Assembly: GCA_964626145.1 (NCBI GenBank)
Contig: CAZVBZ010000004.1
Coordinates: 23,235 to 87,234, forward strand
Reading direction: 5' to 3'
Source of the DNA: an uncultured Muribaculaceae bacterium
Lineage (GTDB): Bacteria > Cyanobacteriota > Vampirovibrionia > Gastranaerophilales > Gastranaerophilaceae
Length of the DNA: 64,000 bases
Both the position numbers and the translations under genes were made by a program. Below the pieces are notes generated by a model. It had not been told where the DNA came from and did no database searches. It worked only from the letters and a program-made list of their open reading frames with translations. How positions within the stretch are numbered: the stretch's first letter is position 1; the number at the start of each line of letters is the position of its first letter. This document shows, piece by piece, positions 18,949-29,592 of this stretch.

Positions 18949-20034
18949 TTAAGCTTCTATTTGTGCAAGTTTTTCAAGTTTAAGCTTTTGGTCATGTTCG
19001 ACTAAAAGTCCTATAAGGTCGTCTAATTCTCCGTCAATTACTGTCCAAACGTTTAAGTTTTGTCCAATTCTATGGTCTGTAAGACGTCCTTGCGGGAAAT
19101 TATATGTTCTTATGCGTTCTGAACGGTCACCAGTACCAACTTGTGAGCGCCTAAGGTCAGTAATTTCTTGCATTTGTTTTTGAACTTCTAAATCATATAA
19201 TTTTGCTTTAAGAATTTGAAGTGCACGTTCTTTGTTTTGAAGTTGCGAGCGTTCTTCAGTACAAAAAACCATTAATCCGGTTGGTTTGTGAACAACACGA
19301 ACAGCTGTTTCAACTTTGTTAACGTTTTGTCCCCCAGCCCCTCCCGAACGGCATGTTGAAATTTCTAAATCAACTGGATTTATATCTATTTCAACATCAT
19401 CAACTTCGGGCATAACGGCAACAGTTGCGGTTGACGTATGAACTCGTCCTTGGCTTTCTGTCTCGGGAACACGTTGAACACGGTGGACGCCGGATTCATA
19501 TTTAAGCTGGGAGTAAATGCTATCACCTTTCATAGAAATAACAACTTCTGAAACGCCGCCAGCCTCACAATCATTTATTGATAAAATTTGAGTTGACCAA
19601 CCTTTTTTGTCCGCATAACGCATGTACATTCTCATTAAATCGCCAGCAAATATGTTTGCTTCATCTCCGCCAGCTCCGCCACGAATTTCAAGCATAATAT
19701 CTTTGTCATCCATTGGGTCACGAGGAAGGAGAAGAACTTTCATTCTTTCTGAGTATTCTTCGATTTTTTTCTCGTTTTCTTCAATTTCTGCTTTCAAAAA
19801 ACCTTTCATTTCTTCATCTTTTTCTGTTTTCAAAAGTTCTTGAGCGTCTTTTATGGCTTCGTCAGCATTTTTAAAAGCGTGGTAAACTTCTACCGTTTCT
19901 TCCATAGCTTTTCTTTGTTTTGAAAGGTCTCGAAATTTATTGTAATCTTGTGCTGTAGCAGGGTCTGACAAAATTAACCCAAGTTCATTATATTTTGTTT
20001 CTATTTGTAATATTTTATCAAGCATGTCTTTCAT
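18949..20034 (-). CDS. prfA: peptide chain release factor 1
   Basis: RF1 family with GGQ motif ([11 protein letters not shown]). Start trimmed to the Met with RBS aaagga (MKDMLDKIL...), because the table start at 20112 would overlap thyX by 65 nt. Confidence 0.9.
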   Translation of the reverse strand: MKDMLDKILQIETKYNELGLILSDPATAQDYNKFRDLSKQRKAMEETVEVYHAFKNADEAIKDAQELLKTEKDEEMKGFLKAEIEENEKKIEEYSERMKVLLLPRDPMDDKDIMLEIRGGAGGDEANIFAGDLMRMYMRYADKKGWSTQILSINDCEAGGVSEVVISMKGDSIYSQLKYESGVHRVQRVPETESQGRVHTSTATVAVMPEVDDVEIDINPVDLEISTCRSGGAGGQNVNKVETAVRVVHKPTGLMVFCTEERSQLQNKERALQILKAKLYDLEVQKQMQEITDLRRSQVGTGDRSERIRTYNFPQGRLTDHRIGQNLNVWTVIDGELDDLIGLLVEHDQKLKLEKLAQIEA

Positions 20035-20047
20035 TGATTTTTTCCTT

Positions 20048-20746
20048 TTAAATATCTCTTGTAGCCATTCTACCACAAGATTTGTCTTCGTCACAGAAAC
20101 CGAGTCTTTCACATTTTGGAACGAGATATGGTTTTAACCAAGGTTCTTGTTCTGTTAGGGCATTACACATTAACCGAACAAGAAGTCTTATTTCATCTTG
20201 CGCTCGTGTGCAAAGTCTTATATTTGCGAGGTGAATCATTTCTCTTAGATTTAGGCTAGCAACCATAGAGGAAGCAGCCGCGTTTGGAAGAATAAATCTT
20301 GCATCTTCTGCGGGAATTCCGTTTTCTGTCATTTCTGTGTAAAAATCGGCAACTTTTTTCATAAATTCATCGTATTTTTCTTTTAATTCAGAATTTTTTT
20401 GAATAGTTGGAGGAGTAAGATAATCAAATTGTCCTTTTTCTTTAACATATCTTTGAGATTTTTGAGAAAAAGACATGTGGCGGTGTCTAACAAGCTGGTG
20501 AGTACAAGCGCGTGACACATTTGAAATAGCAAAAGATACCTGAATATGTTCTATTGTTGAATAATGTCCAGATGAAATAACCCTTGATATGAGCTTTAAC
20601 ATTTTTTCTTCATCTTCGGCTTTATCATAAATATTAATCGGCGAATCGGCGCTGTAACAAGTGCGGCATGCCGTGTAAATTGTGCGTAGCATGTTGTCCG
20701 GTTTAGATATTAATTGTACTACTGGTTTATTTGAAAATTCAGACAT
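20048..20746 (-). CDS. thyX: FAD-dependent thymidylate synthase
   Basis: ThyX signature [14 protein letters not shown]. Confidence 0.9.
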   Translation of the reverse strand: MSEFSNKPVVQLISKPDNMLRTIYTACRTCYSADSPINIYDKAEDEEKMLKLISRVISSGHYSTIEHIQVSFAISNVSRACTHQLVRHRHMSFSQKSQRYVKEKGQFDYLTPPTIQKNSELKEKYDEFMKKVADFYTEMTENGIPAEDARFILPNAAASSMVASLNLREMIHLANIRLCTRAQDEIRLLVRLMCNALTEQEPWLKPYLVPKCERLGFCDEDKSCGRMATRDI

Positions 20747-20830
20747 AATTTTTCCTCCATAATAAAATTATTGCCCGATTTGAGTAAAAAGGGCAATAAT
20801 TTACCAAAAAATTCACAAAATAGCTCAAAA

Positions 20831-21031
20831 CTATTTCTTTTCGTATCTTTTTTTGAATCTTTCAACACGTCCTTCTGTATCCATAATTCTTTGGTTACCG
20901 GTGTAGAACGGATGGCATTTGTTGCAAATTTCAACAGTGATGTTATCAAGAACAGAGCCTGTTTCAATTTCGTTACCGCAAACGCACTTAATTTTCATTT
21001 TTTTATAATCTGGATGAATTCCTTCTTTCAT
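20831..21031 (-). CDS. rpmE: 50S ribosomal protein L31
   Basis: [11 protein letters not shown]...CxxC...CHPFYTG; start trimmed from the table ORF (21100) to the conserved Met. Confidence 0.85.
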   Translation of the reverse strand: MKEGIHPDYKKMKIKCVCGNEIETGSVLDNITVEICNKCHPFYTGNQRIMDTEGRVERFKKRYEKK

Positions 21032-21118
21032 TATTTTGTTCCTTTCGTAAAATGGTTGTAAAACATTATAGTCATGTAAATTTTTATTATCAAGTGTCAT
21101 GATAAAGATTGTAAAAAA

Positions 21119-22273
21119 CTATGAATTAATTTCAAGATATTCTACAATATTTAATACATTTTTATTTACTTTTGAATGAATTAATCCTTTTGTTATTCCA
21201 ATAACACAACCAGGACACGAGGTTAAAACATAATCCGCATTTGTTTTTGTAATATTTTTAATTTTTTGTTCAGAGATTTTTTCTGCAATTTTAGGAAATT
21301 TTATTGAAAAATCCCCTGAAAACCCGCAACAAACATCAAAATCTTTCATTTCTTTGTAATTTACAAAATTTTCTATTAATTGTTTAGATATTTTTTCTTT
21401 TTTTTCTCTTAAATGACAGGGGAGGTGATATGTTACGCTGTGGTTGTTTTTTTTGTTTTCGAGTTTAAAAAGCAATTCGTAAATGTCAACAATTTTTTCT
21501 GAAAAATCTTTTTTGTAGTCTTTTAAAGTACTAAGACAACTTGCACAATCGCAAACGATGTAGTCGCAATCTTCGCTTAATAGTTTTGAATTTTTTTCTT
21601 TTAATTTATTAAAAAGGTCATATTTTCCATTGTAAAGAGCGGAAATGCCGCAGCAGTCAAAGCTTTTTTGAATTACTTCTACTCCGTTTTTTTCAAGTTG
21701 GTTTAAAAGGGCATTTTTTACGGAAGGGTTTAAGTATTTTGTAAAGCAGCCTTCAAAATAAATTACTTTTAATTTGTTTTTTTTATTTGTTGTTTTTTTT
21801 CTTTTAATATTTATTTTTGAAATTTTATCAAAAAGGAGAAAAATTTCGCCAAAAAAGCCAAATTTAATAATAATTTTTTTAAATAAAAAAACAAAAGACG
21901 AAAAATGAAAAAATCTATAAGTTTTAAAAATTAAACTTAACAAAATCATTCGTAATTTAAAAAAAGAATCATACTTGAAAGGAAAACAATAATTTTTGTA
22001 CTCATTTTTTGCAGCACAAAGAATTTCGGTTGTTTTAATAGAACTTGGACAAAAATCATTACAAGCTTTGCAATTTAAACACATTGATAATGCTTTATCC
22101 ATATTTTTTGTATAATTTAAATCTCCTTTTAATAAACCGAGTAACAAGTTAAATTTTCCGCGAGAAACAATAGTTTCTTTACCGGTTGCTTTATAAACAG
22201 GGCAAACCGACTGGCAGAGTCCGCATTTTGAACATGTTTTTAGTTGTGTTTCGTAATCTTTAAGTTTTTTCAT
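21119..22273 (-). CDS. (Fe-S)-binding oxidoreductase: two 4Fe-4S ferredoxin motifs plus two CCG domains (GlcF/GlpC/HdrD-like)
   Basis: CSKCGLCQSVCP and CLNCKACNDFCP; C-terminal CCG motifs. A ~70-aa low-complexity hydrophobic insert sits between the modules. Confidence 0.7.
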   Translation of the reverse strand: MKKLKDYETQLKTCSKCGLCQSVCPVYKATGKETIVSRGKFNLLLGLLKGDLNYTKNMDKALSMCLNCKACNDFCPSSIKTTEILCAAKNEYKNYCFPFKYDSFFKLRMILLSLIFKTYRFFHFSSFVFLFKKIIIKFGFFGEIFLLFDKISKINIKRKKTTNKKNKLKVIYFEGCFTKYLNPSVKNALLNQLEKNGVEVIQKSFDCCGISALYNGKYDLFNKLKEKNSKLLSEDCDYIVCDCASCLSTLKDYKKDFSEKIVDIYELLFKLENKKNNHSVTYHLPCHLREKKEKISKQLIENFVNYKEMKDFDVCCGFSGDFSIKFPKIAEKISEQKIKNITKTNADYVLTSCPGCVIGITKGLIHSKVNKNVLNIVEYLEINS

Positions 22274-22381
22274 ATAAATATTTTATATCAAAAATTTATT
22301 CAATTATTTGTTGAGTTGCAATATATTTTAATACAGATAAAATATAATTATCTGAATTTGTATTGATGGTAAAATTATTAT

Positions 22382-24565
22382 ATGAAAAAATTAAAATTTC
22401 TAAATGTTTTTGATGACGGTATGTCATCCTCAAAAATTATAAATATTGTAGCTTTTGTTTTATTTTCTTTAGTTTTTACTTTGGTTCTTTCATCAAAATA
22501 TTTTTTGTTTGAAAACCTTATTACAGCTGATAATACAAGTAAACATGATATTATTGCCAATAAAACAATTGAAGTTATTGATACTTTTAAAACAGAACAG
22601 CAAAAAAAAGAAGTAGCGCTAAGAATTGAACCAATTTTGACGCCTGCGGAAGATAATTATATAAAAAACAATTTGACAAATCTTGTTGAAGCTATTTCTC
22701 AAATAAGGCAAAGCGATGCTTCAAACGCAGTAAAAAAAGAGCAGTTGAACATTTTATTTGACCTTAGTGATTCAACACAAAAAGCATTTGTTGTTAATTA
22801 TTTTTTAAGTGCGTCTCCACAAAGATTAGAAGTTATAAAACTCAAAGCAAAACAAACTCTGGATGCAGTTTTGAATGAAGGTGTTACGGAAAAAGATTTT
22901 GAAAAACAAAATATAGCCCGAGTTATTGTCAGAAATACTGGACATGACGTTACAAGAAATCAAATTCGCATAATTTCTGCCTTATTGGAGCAAGTTATTA
23001 TGCCTAATATGATAGTAGATGAGCATGCTACAGAACTTGCTCGCAAAAATGCAATAAACTCTGTTCAACCCTACAAAGTTGTTTTTCACAAAGGTGATAA
23101 AATTGTATTTCAAGGGGAATTTATTACAAAGCTTAAAAGAGACGCGCTTTCTAAAGCCGGATATCATGTTTTGGAATTAAATTATCAAGGATTTATCGGT
23201 ATTTTTTGTCTTGTAGTTGTTGGAATGCTTTCTCTGGTTTATTATCTTCAGTTTTTTGAGAAACCATTTCTTAACAAAAACTATATTATGTTGATGTCGT
23301 TGATGTCACTTTTTGTAACCGGTTGCGCAGTTTTGTTGCCAGATGATTTTTCAGTTTATCTTATTCCGTTTCCTGCATTTGCCATAATTTTATCTATTTT
23401 TACAAACCCTAGAGTGTCTTTTTTGACCTCTATATTACTTATTACAATGACTTCACTTACGTTAAAGCTGGACGCGGCGTCAATGGCAATATTTATCATT
23501 GTTGCATTAATTTCAACTGTTTCTGTTGCACGTGTTAAGTCCTCACGGCGTTTTGACTTGGTTAAAACCGGTTTTGAAATTTCGTTGGTTATGGTTTTAC
23601 TCATTTTAAGCGTTTATTTATTGGAAAAATGCCTTGTGGATGTCAATGGGGCTATACTGGTCAGAGATACTCTTGCAGGTTTGGCTAATGGCATTTTGAG
23701 TGGAATTGTAGCGTTAGGAACGCTGCCCTTGTTAGAAAGTGTATTTAAAATTATTACGCCTTATGGATTGGTTGAACTTGCAGACCCAAATCAGCCATTG
23801 TTAAAGCGTTTAAACTATGAGGCGCCAGGAACTTATGACCATAGTCTTAGGTTGTCGCATCTTTGTGAGGCAGCAGCAGAGGCAATTGGTGCAGACCCCA
23901 TTCTTGCACGAGTTGGCGCTTTTTATCATGATATTGGAAAATTAAAACGCCCGCTGTTTTTTGTAGAAAATCAAACATATTTTGGTATTGAAAACCCACA
24001 TACAAAGCTTAATCCTAGACTTAGCAAAATGGTTATAACCGCACATCCAAAAGATGGTATTGAACTTGCAAAAGAGTATGGAATACCGCTTATTGTTCAA
24101 AATTTTATTATTCAGCACCATGGGGATTCTCTTGCTAGTTATTTTTATAACCAAGCGCTTAAAGAAGAAGGTGCTGAAAACGTTAACGAAGAACAATTCC
24201 GCTATACAGGACCAAAGCCAAATAGTAAAGAAACAGCCATATTGATGCTTGCAGATGCGGTAGAGTCGGCTTCAAGAACTCTTTCTGACCATTCACAAGA
24301 ATCTTTGGATGCGTTGATTGATAAACTTTTCCGAGAAAGACTTAATGACGGGCAACTTTCGGACTCTCCATTAACGCTTAAGGACTTAAAAATTATTGCA
24401 ACAACTTTTTCAAGAGTTTTGAGAGCGGCGCATCACCAGCGTATTAAATATCATCAAAGTGCAATTTTGGAACTCGAAAACAAAATAAAAACAAAGCAAT
24501 CGCAGCTTTTTGTAGACTCAGAAACAAATAACGAGCAAAAAGATAACGGTAAAAATAATGATTAA
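22382..24565 (+). CDS. pgpH: 7TM-receptor/HD-domain phosphohydrolase (PgpH/YqfF family)
   Basis: N-terminal extracellular region, 7 TM helices, C-terminal HD domain (HDIGK...HHG). Conserved position upstream of ybeY-dgkA, as in Bacillus yqfF-yqfG-dgkA. Confidence 0.8.
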   Translation: MKKLKFLNVFDDGMSSSKIINIVAFVLFSLVFTLVLSSKYFLFENLITADNTSKHDIIANKTIEVIDTFKTEQQKKEVALRIEPILTPAEDNYIKNNLTNLVEAISQIRQSDASNAVKKEQLNILFDLSDSTQKAFVVNYFLSASPQRLEVIKLKAKQTLDAVLNEGVTEKDFEKQNIARVIVRNTGHDVTRNQIRIISALLEQVIMPNMIVDEHATELARKNAINSVQPYKVVFHKGDKIVFQGEFITKLKRDALSKAGYHVLELNYQGFIGIFCLVVVGMLSLVYYLQFFEKPFLNKNYIMLMSLMSLFVTGCAVLLPDDFSVYLIPFPAFAIILSIFTNPRVSFLTSILLITMTSLTLKLDAASMAIFIIVALISTVSVARVKSSRRFDLVKTGFEISLVMVLLILSVYLLEKCLVDVNGAILVRDTLAGLANGILSGIVALGTLPLLESVFKIITPYGLVELADPNQPLLKRLNYEAPGTYDHSLRLSHLCEAAAEAIGADPILARVGAFYHDIGKLKRPLFFVENQTYFGIENPHTKLNPRLSKMVITAHPKDGIELAKEYGIPLIVQNFIIQHHGDSLASYFYNQALKEEGAENVNEEQFRYTGPKPNSKETAILMLADAVESASRTLSDHSQESLDALIDKLFRERLNDGQLSDSPLTLKDLKIIATTFSRVLRAAHHQRIKYHQSAILELENKIKTKQSQLFVDSETNNEQKDNGKNND

Positions 24566-25073
24566 ATCAAATATTTTTATTGAAAATATTTATCCTGATT
24601 TTGAAATCGATGATAAAAAAGTCCTTTTGGGAACAAAAAAAATTCTCAAATATTTTCTTGAAAATAAATATATTTTTGAAAATAGTTGTTTGAGTGAAGA
24701 AAAGTTTAAAACGGTATCTTTTGACATTGTTTTTTGTAATAATGACAAAATTCATGAAATAAACCGAGAATATCGCCAAAAAGACCGCCCTACTGATGTA
24801 ATAACGTTTGCCCTTTTTGCCGATAGTTTACCAGAAGAAAGATTTGTTTTTGATGAAGAAATAAATCTTGGTGAAATTATTATTTCTTTGGATAAAACAT
24901 TTGAACAATCAAAAGATAAAAATCATTCATTTGGCGAAGAATTGTTTTTCTTAATTTCACATGGCATAATGCATTTGTTGGGATATGATCATCAAACCGA
25001 AAGCGAATTAGAGTTTATGCTTGACCAACAAGGTAAGTCAATGGAGAAGGTTAATGTCAAAATACGCACATAA
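24558..25073 (+). CDS. ybeY: rRNA maturation endoribonuclease YbeY
   Basis: HGIMHLLGYDH zinc-binding motif. Confidence 0.9.
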   Translation: MIKSNIFIENIYPDFEIDDKKVLLGTKKILKYFLENKYIFENSCLSEEKFKTVSFDIVFCNNDKIHEINREYRQKDRPTDVITFALFADSLPEERFVFDEEINLGEIIISLDKTFEQSKDKNHSFGEELFFLISHGIMHLLGYDHQTESELEFMLDQQGKSMEKVNVKIRT

Positions 25074-25425
25074 TAATTTTTTTAAATCTTTTGCAACCGC
25101 AAGAAAAGGACTAAGAGTTGCATTTAAGTCGCAAAAAAATTTCCGCATACATGTTTTTGCAATGATTTTAGTCATAATTTTAGCGTTGTTGTTTCATTTT
25201 GATTATTTAGAGTTTTGTCTTTTGTTTTTTGCAATAGGATTGGTTATGAGCGCAGAATTGTTTAATTCAGTAATAGAATTTGCGCTAGATGCATTGTATA
25301 AAAATAAATATTCCACCCTTGTAAAAATGGCAAAAGATATGGCGGCAGGCGGGGTGCTTATTGCCACTGTGACAAGCATTTCTATAGGAATATTGTTATT
25401 TGGTCACAAGATATTGTTTTCATAA
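25054..25425 (+). CDS. dgkA: diacylglycerol/undecaprenol kinase
   Basis: DgkA family (three TM helices). Start moved from the table ORF (25021) to the Met with RBS GGAGAAGG; overlaps the ybeY end. Confidence 0.8.
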   Translation: MSKYAHNNFFKSFATARKGLRVAFKSQKNFRIHVFAMILVIILALLFHFDYLEFCLLFFAIGLVMSAELFNSVIEFALDALYKNKYSTLVKMAKDMAAGGVLIATVTSISIGILLFGHKILFS

Positions 25426-25521
25426 TCCTTAAAAAAACATTAAGAAGATTGGTTAATGGCTATGCTTGGGCTATAATAAATGATAGGCATTACACCTGTT
25501 TTATAATAAGAGGTATTTGTT

Positions 25522-26118
25522 ATGAAAAATAATGAAAATGATGAAATTAAATTAGATGAAAATGCGCAAAATAATCCGTTTGCGCAAGATAATAATTTAG
25601 ATGCAGATGGTGCAGAAACGGCTGAAAAAATACAAGAACCACAAGAAAATCAAGAAACCGTTTCGGATGAAGATGTAAATAAAATAAAAAAAGATTTTGA
25701 AAATCTTAATAATCAATATTTGCGTTTGGCGGCTGATTTTGATAACTATAGAAAAAGACAAGCTCAAGAACGTGAAAATTTGATTAATTATGGTAAAACA
25801 GAGGCATTTTCTAAACTTTTGGAAGTGCTTGACAATTTTGATAGAGCTGAAACAGCGCTTAAAGATACAGAGGACGTAACTTGTGTTAAAGAGGCGTTTA
25901 ACGTTTTACATAAACAAATTACAGAATCTTTAGAAAAAATGGGTTTAACCCCAATTGAAACTGTAGGAAAAGAGTTTGACCCAAATATTCACGACGCGGT
26001 TATGCAAACGCCAAGTACTGATTATCCAGACCAAACAATTATTGCAGAATTGCAAAAAGGTTATAAGCTGGGCGACAAAGTGTTACGCCCCGCATTAGTT
26101 AATGTTGCAACAAATTAA
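25522..26118 (+). CDS. grpE: nucleotide exchange factor GrpE
   Basis: GrpE family similarity ([14 protein letters not shown]...). Confidence 0.9.
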   Translation: MKNNENDEIKLDENAQNNPFAQDNNLDADGAETAEKIQEPQENQETVSDEDVNKIKKDFENLNNQYLRLAADFDNYRKRQAQERENLINYGKTEAFSKLLEVLDNFDRAETALKDTEDVTCVKEAFNVLHKQITESLEKMGLTPIETVGKEFDPNIHDAVMQTPSTDYPDQTIIAELQKGYKLGDKVLRPALVNVATN

Positions 26119-26135
26119 GAACAACGGAAGAAAAA

Positions 26136-27266
26136 ATGACGACTGATTACTACGAATTGCTGGGAGTTTCAAAATCAGCAACAAAAGATGAAATAAAATC
26201 CGCATTTAGAAAAAATGCCAGAAAATACCATCCAGACGTAAATAAAGCGCCCGATGCCGAAGAAAAGTTTAAAGCTTTGGGTAAGGCGTATGAAACGCTT
26301 ATGGATGACGAAAAACGCTCTGTGTATGACCGCTGGGGCGAAGAAGGCTTGTCTAACGCAGGTTATAGTTCGCAAGGTCCATTTGACGGTGGTTTTGGCA
26401 ATCTTAATGATATTTTTGAAAGCTTTTTTGGCGGCTTTGGTTTTTCTTCCGGCTATGAAAGAAATCCTAACGCACCGCAACGAGGCGGAGATATTAGGGT
26501 TGATATTGAGTTAGATTTTGAGGAAGCAATATTTGGCGTTGAAAAAGAAATAAAAATAGACCACCTAGAAAAGTGTGAAGATTGCGGCGGCACTGGGAAT
26601 GAGCCTGGGTCTCAGCCTCAAACATGTCCAACTTGTGGTGGTACGGGACGCGTACAACAAGTTACAAATACAATTATGGGGCAATTTACACAAATTAGTA
26701 CTTGTCCGAATTGTGGTGGAAGTGGTCAAAAAATCACCTCGCCGTGCAAAACTTGTAAAGGCTCTGGCCGTGTAGAAAAAGAAAAAACAATTAATGTAAA
26801 GATTCCTAAAGGGGTTGATAACGGAGCTAAAATTCGTGTAGCTCAAGAGGGTGATGCCGGCAAAAATGGCGGACCAAACGGTGATTTGTATATTGTCTTG
26901 CATGTAAAAGAACATAAATATTTTAAAAGAGAAAATTTTGATATTTATTCTGAAATACCGGTCGAAATTCCTCAGGCAGTGCTCGGTGATGAAATAAATA
27001 TTCAAACCTTGGATGGCGATAGAAAAATTTCCGTGCCATCGGGAACGGAAAGTGGTAAAATAATAGTATTAAAAGATGCTGGCGTTCCTTATCTTAATAA
27101 TCCGAATAGACGTGGAAATCATTATGTTGTATTGAAAATTCGCACTCCGCAAACACTTTCGGAAGAAGAAAGAAAGCTTTATGCACGGTTGTTTGAGCTT
27201 TCTACAGGAAAAGCAGCAAATGATGAAAGTATTTTAAAACGATTTAAAAAAGCGTTGCACAATTAA
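26136..27266 (+). CDS. dnaJ: molecular chaperone DnaJ
   Basis: J domain with HPD, G/F region, four CxxCxGxG zinc-finger repeats. Confidence 0.95.
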   Translation: MTTDYYELLGVSKSATKDEIKSAFRKNARKYHPDVNKAPDAEEKFKALGKAYETLMDDEKRSVYDRWGEEGLSNAGYSSQGPFDGGFGNLNDIFESFFGGFGFSSGYERNPNAPQRGGDIRVDIELDFEEAIFGVEKEIKIDHLEKCEDCGGTGNEPGSQPQTCPTCGGTGRVQQVTNTIMGQFTQISTCPNCGGSGQKITSPCKTCKGSGRVEKEKTINVKIPKGVDNGAKIRVAQEGDAGKNGGPNGDLYIVLHVKEHKYFKRENFDIYSEIPVEIPQAVLGDEINIQTLDGDRKISVPSGTESGKIIVLKDAGVPYLNNPNRRGNHYVVLKIRTPQTLSEEERKLYARLFELSTGKAANDESILKRFKKALHN

Positions 27267-27289
27267 TCTGAATGGATTGAGGAGAAAAG

Positions 27290-28975
27290 ATGAAAAAATT
27301 TTTGTTATCATTAATTGCCGGTTTGACAATTTCTGCTATGCAGCCTGTTTTTGCGACGCAATTGCCACCAGATATAAAAAATTATATTCTCCAAAATATT
27401 CCAACAGCAACAATTCGTTTTGATGGTTTGATTACCTTGCCGGATGGAACTTTTTATTTGCCGTTGCTACCGTCATATACGGTTAAAGATGCTGAATTTG
27501 GCGTAAAATATACATATCCAGAAAATAAGTCTTTGGATAAAAAACCGGAAATATTGATTTTTGAAAACAATTATTGCTTGCTTAAACTTATTAAAACTAA
27601 AAATAAAGGCTTGACAGTTGTTTCTTTGCAGGATTTTCCGTTGGAAGTGAGAACCGGAATTTTGCCACAAGATTTGCTTGTGCCAAAAGGACTAGTTTTG
27701 CCGGATGTTTTGGTTGGAATTTTGGGGGATTTAAATATTCCATTAACCTCTAATTTAAAAATTACTGAAAAACAACAAATTCCACAAGATTTTACCGTAA
27801 AAGATACCTTGCCAAAAAAGCCGGAAAAAGTAAATGTTATTGCGCCATTAAAAAATAAACAATTTTTTGTAACAAATTTTAATTCTAATTTTATTTACAT
27901 TTTGCCTTCAGAATTGCGCGATGTTCAATATACGCTAAAACTCGATAGTATTCCGAAAGTAGTAAAAGAAGTTCAAGGAAATTATCTGTTAGTTTCAACA
28001 AATGGCAAAACTTACATTGATGTTGTTGATATTAAAAATGAAGAAATAGCAAAACAAATTGATATTGGCGCAGAACCTGATGAAATAGTTGTAACACAAG
28101 ATGAAAAACTTGCGTATGTTGTTTCAAATAAAAGCTCAAATATTTTTGTAATTGATATTCCAACAATGTCTTTTACAAAACAAATTCAAATCAAAGGGCT
28201 GCCAGAAAAATTAAATCTTTCGGCAGATGAAAAAAAACTTGTATATCAAGATGCCGCAACAAGTGATATATATAGCGTTGAGCTAAATAACAACTATGTT
28301 AACATTTATCAATGTAATGTTCCAAATGTCTCAAAAATAACAATTTTTAATGATAAAGTATATGCCTTAAGCAGAACAAAAAATGTACTTCGCGTTTTTC
28401 CATATCAGCAATTTGTTGTAGAAAAAAACGCAGAAGACAAAGAAGTTCTTGGCGCTCAAAAATCTTATTATATAAAAAATGCATTTATTGCAACTGGTTC
28501 TGCAACAAAAAATTTCCGCAAAAAAGAACAAGAAGAACTGGAAAAACTCAATTATGTTGAAAATGGCGAGTCGATAGAAACGTCTATAAAACCGGTTGAT
28601 ATGACTTTGTATAATGGAAAATTATACATTTTAAGTGCGTCTACAAACTCAATCGATGTTTTTAATCCATTAAAAAATGTTATGGAAAAAAACATTTCAC
28701 TTAGAGTTCCTGGTTTTTCAAACAAAATTAATCCCCTTAAGGGTACAAATCTTGTCATAATAACAAATGCGGCAGAAAAAAAATATGTAGTTGTTGATTT
28801 AGCCAAACAAGCTGTTTTACAAGTAAATCCCATCGATGTTCCAATGACAACCCTTACCGTTGTTAATAAATTAAAATTCGATGATTTAGATGTAAAAGAT
28901 GTCAAAACACCTATAAAAGACTCACAACCAGAAGAAAATTTGCAATTTGAAGAAACGCCAACGGAGACGTTATAA
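27290..28975 (+). CDS. secreted beta-propeller-repeat protein (YVTN-like repeats)
   Basis: Signal peptide MKKFLLSLIAGLTISAMQPVFA; repeated ~40-aa units (e.g. KLAYVVSNKSSNIFVIDI, GKLYILSASTNSIDVFNP). Confidence 0.5.
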   Translation: MKKFLLSLIAGLTISAMQPVFATQLPPDIKNYILQNIPTATIRFDGLITLPDGTFYLPLLPSYTVKDAEFGVKYTYPENKSLDKKPEILIFENNYCLLKLIKTKNKGLTVVSLQDFPLEVRTGILPQDLLVPKGLVLPDVLVGILGDLNIPLTSNLKITEKQQIPQDFTVKDTLPKKPEKVNVIAPLKNKQFFVTNFNSNFIYILPSELRDVQYTLKLDSIPKVVKEVQGNYLLVSTNGKTYIDVVDIKNEEIAKQIDIGAEPDEIVVTQDEKLAYVVSNKSSNIFVIDIPTMSFTKQIQIKGLPEKLNLSADEKKLVYQDAATSDIYSVELNNNYVNIYQCNVPNVSKITIFNDKVYALSRTKNVLRVFPYQQFVVEKNAEDKEVLGAQKSYYIKNAFIATGSATKNFRKKEQEELEKLNYVENGESIETSIKPVDMTLYNGKLYILSASTNSIDVFNPLKNVMEKNISLRVPGFSNKINPLKGTNLVIITNAAEKKYVVVDLAKQAVLQVNPIDVPMTTLTVVNKLKFDDLDVKDVKTPIKDSQPEENLQFEETPTETL

Positions 28976-29529
28976 TGGATGAAATGTTGGAAAAAACACT
29001 CTGTGAGCTTGAAAAAACACAACACGAATTTTGGAATGTTTCAAGACAAACTGGTAATTTTCTTAACATGCTTGTAAAAATCGCAAAATGCAAAAATGGT
29101 CTGGAAATTGGTACGTCAAACGGTTATTCGGGCTTGTGGCTTGGTACAGCGTTTAAAGAAAATGGCGGGACACTCTCTACAATTGAGTTTTGGGAAAAAC
29201 GTCAGTGTATCGCCCGTGAGAATTTTGAAAAATGCGGCGTTTCCGACGTAATTACCCCTATTATTGGTTCGGGTGTGGATGTTTTGCAAAAATGGGAACA
29301 ACCTTTAGATTTTGCTTTTTTGGACGCAAATAAAGCCCAGTATATCGAGTTTTTTAGGCTTATAGACAAACATCTTGTCAAGGGCGGAATTATTGCGGCA
29401 GATAATATTACCTCACATCCGGATAAGGTGAAACCCTTTGTTGATGCAATAAAAAACGATAAACGTTATCAGGTAGAGATTTTGGATTTGCCCGCCGGAC
29501 TTTTGGTTGCGTATAAAAATAAAGATTAA
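28975..29529 (+). CDS. class I SAM-dependent O-methyltransferase (caffeoyl-CoA/catechol OMT-like)
   Basis: LEIGTSNGYSGLWL SAM-binding motif; about the family length. Confidence 0.7.
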   Translation: MDEMLEKTLCELEKTQHEFWNVSRQTGNFLNMLVKIAKCKNGLEIGTSNGYSGLWLGTAFKENGGTLSTIEFWEKRQCIARENFEKCGVSDVITPIIGSGVDVLQKWEQPLDFAFLDANKAQYIEFFRLIDKHLVKGGIIAADNITSHPDKVKPFVDAIKNDKRYQVEILDLPAGLLVAYKNKD

Positions 29530-29592
29530 ATTTTTTCTTTATTTTCTGTTTATTTTTCTGTAAAATAAAATAAACATTAAAATAGGTGGAAA

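Noticed and set aside
20771-21061. ORF 20771..21061 (+) and the 5' extensions of rpmE, rpsT, prfA, aspS and mnmG in the ORF table
   Set aside because: The + ORF is antisense to rpmE. The extensions lack RBS, are not conserved in these families, and in two cases (prfA, dgkA) overlap the upstream gene. The starts were moved to the conserved Met.
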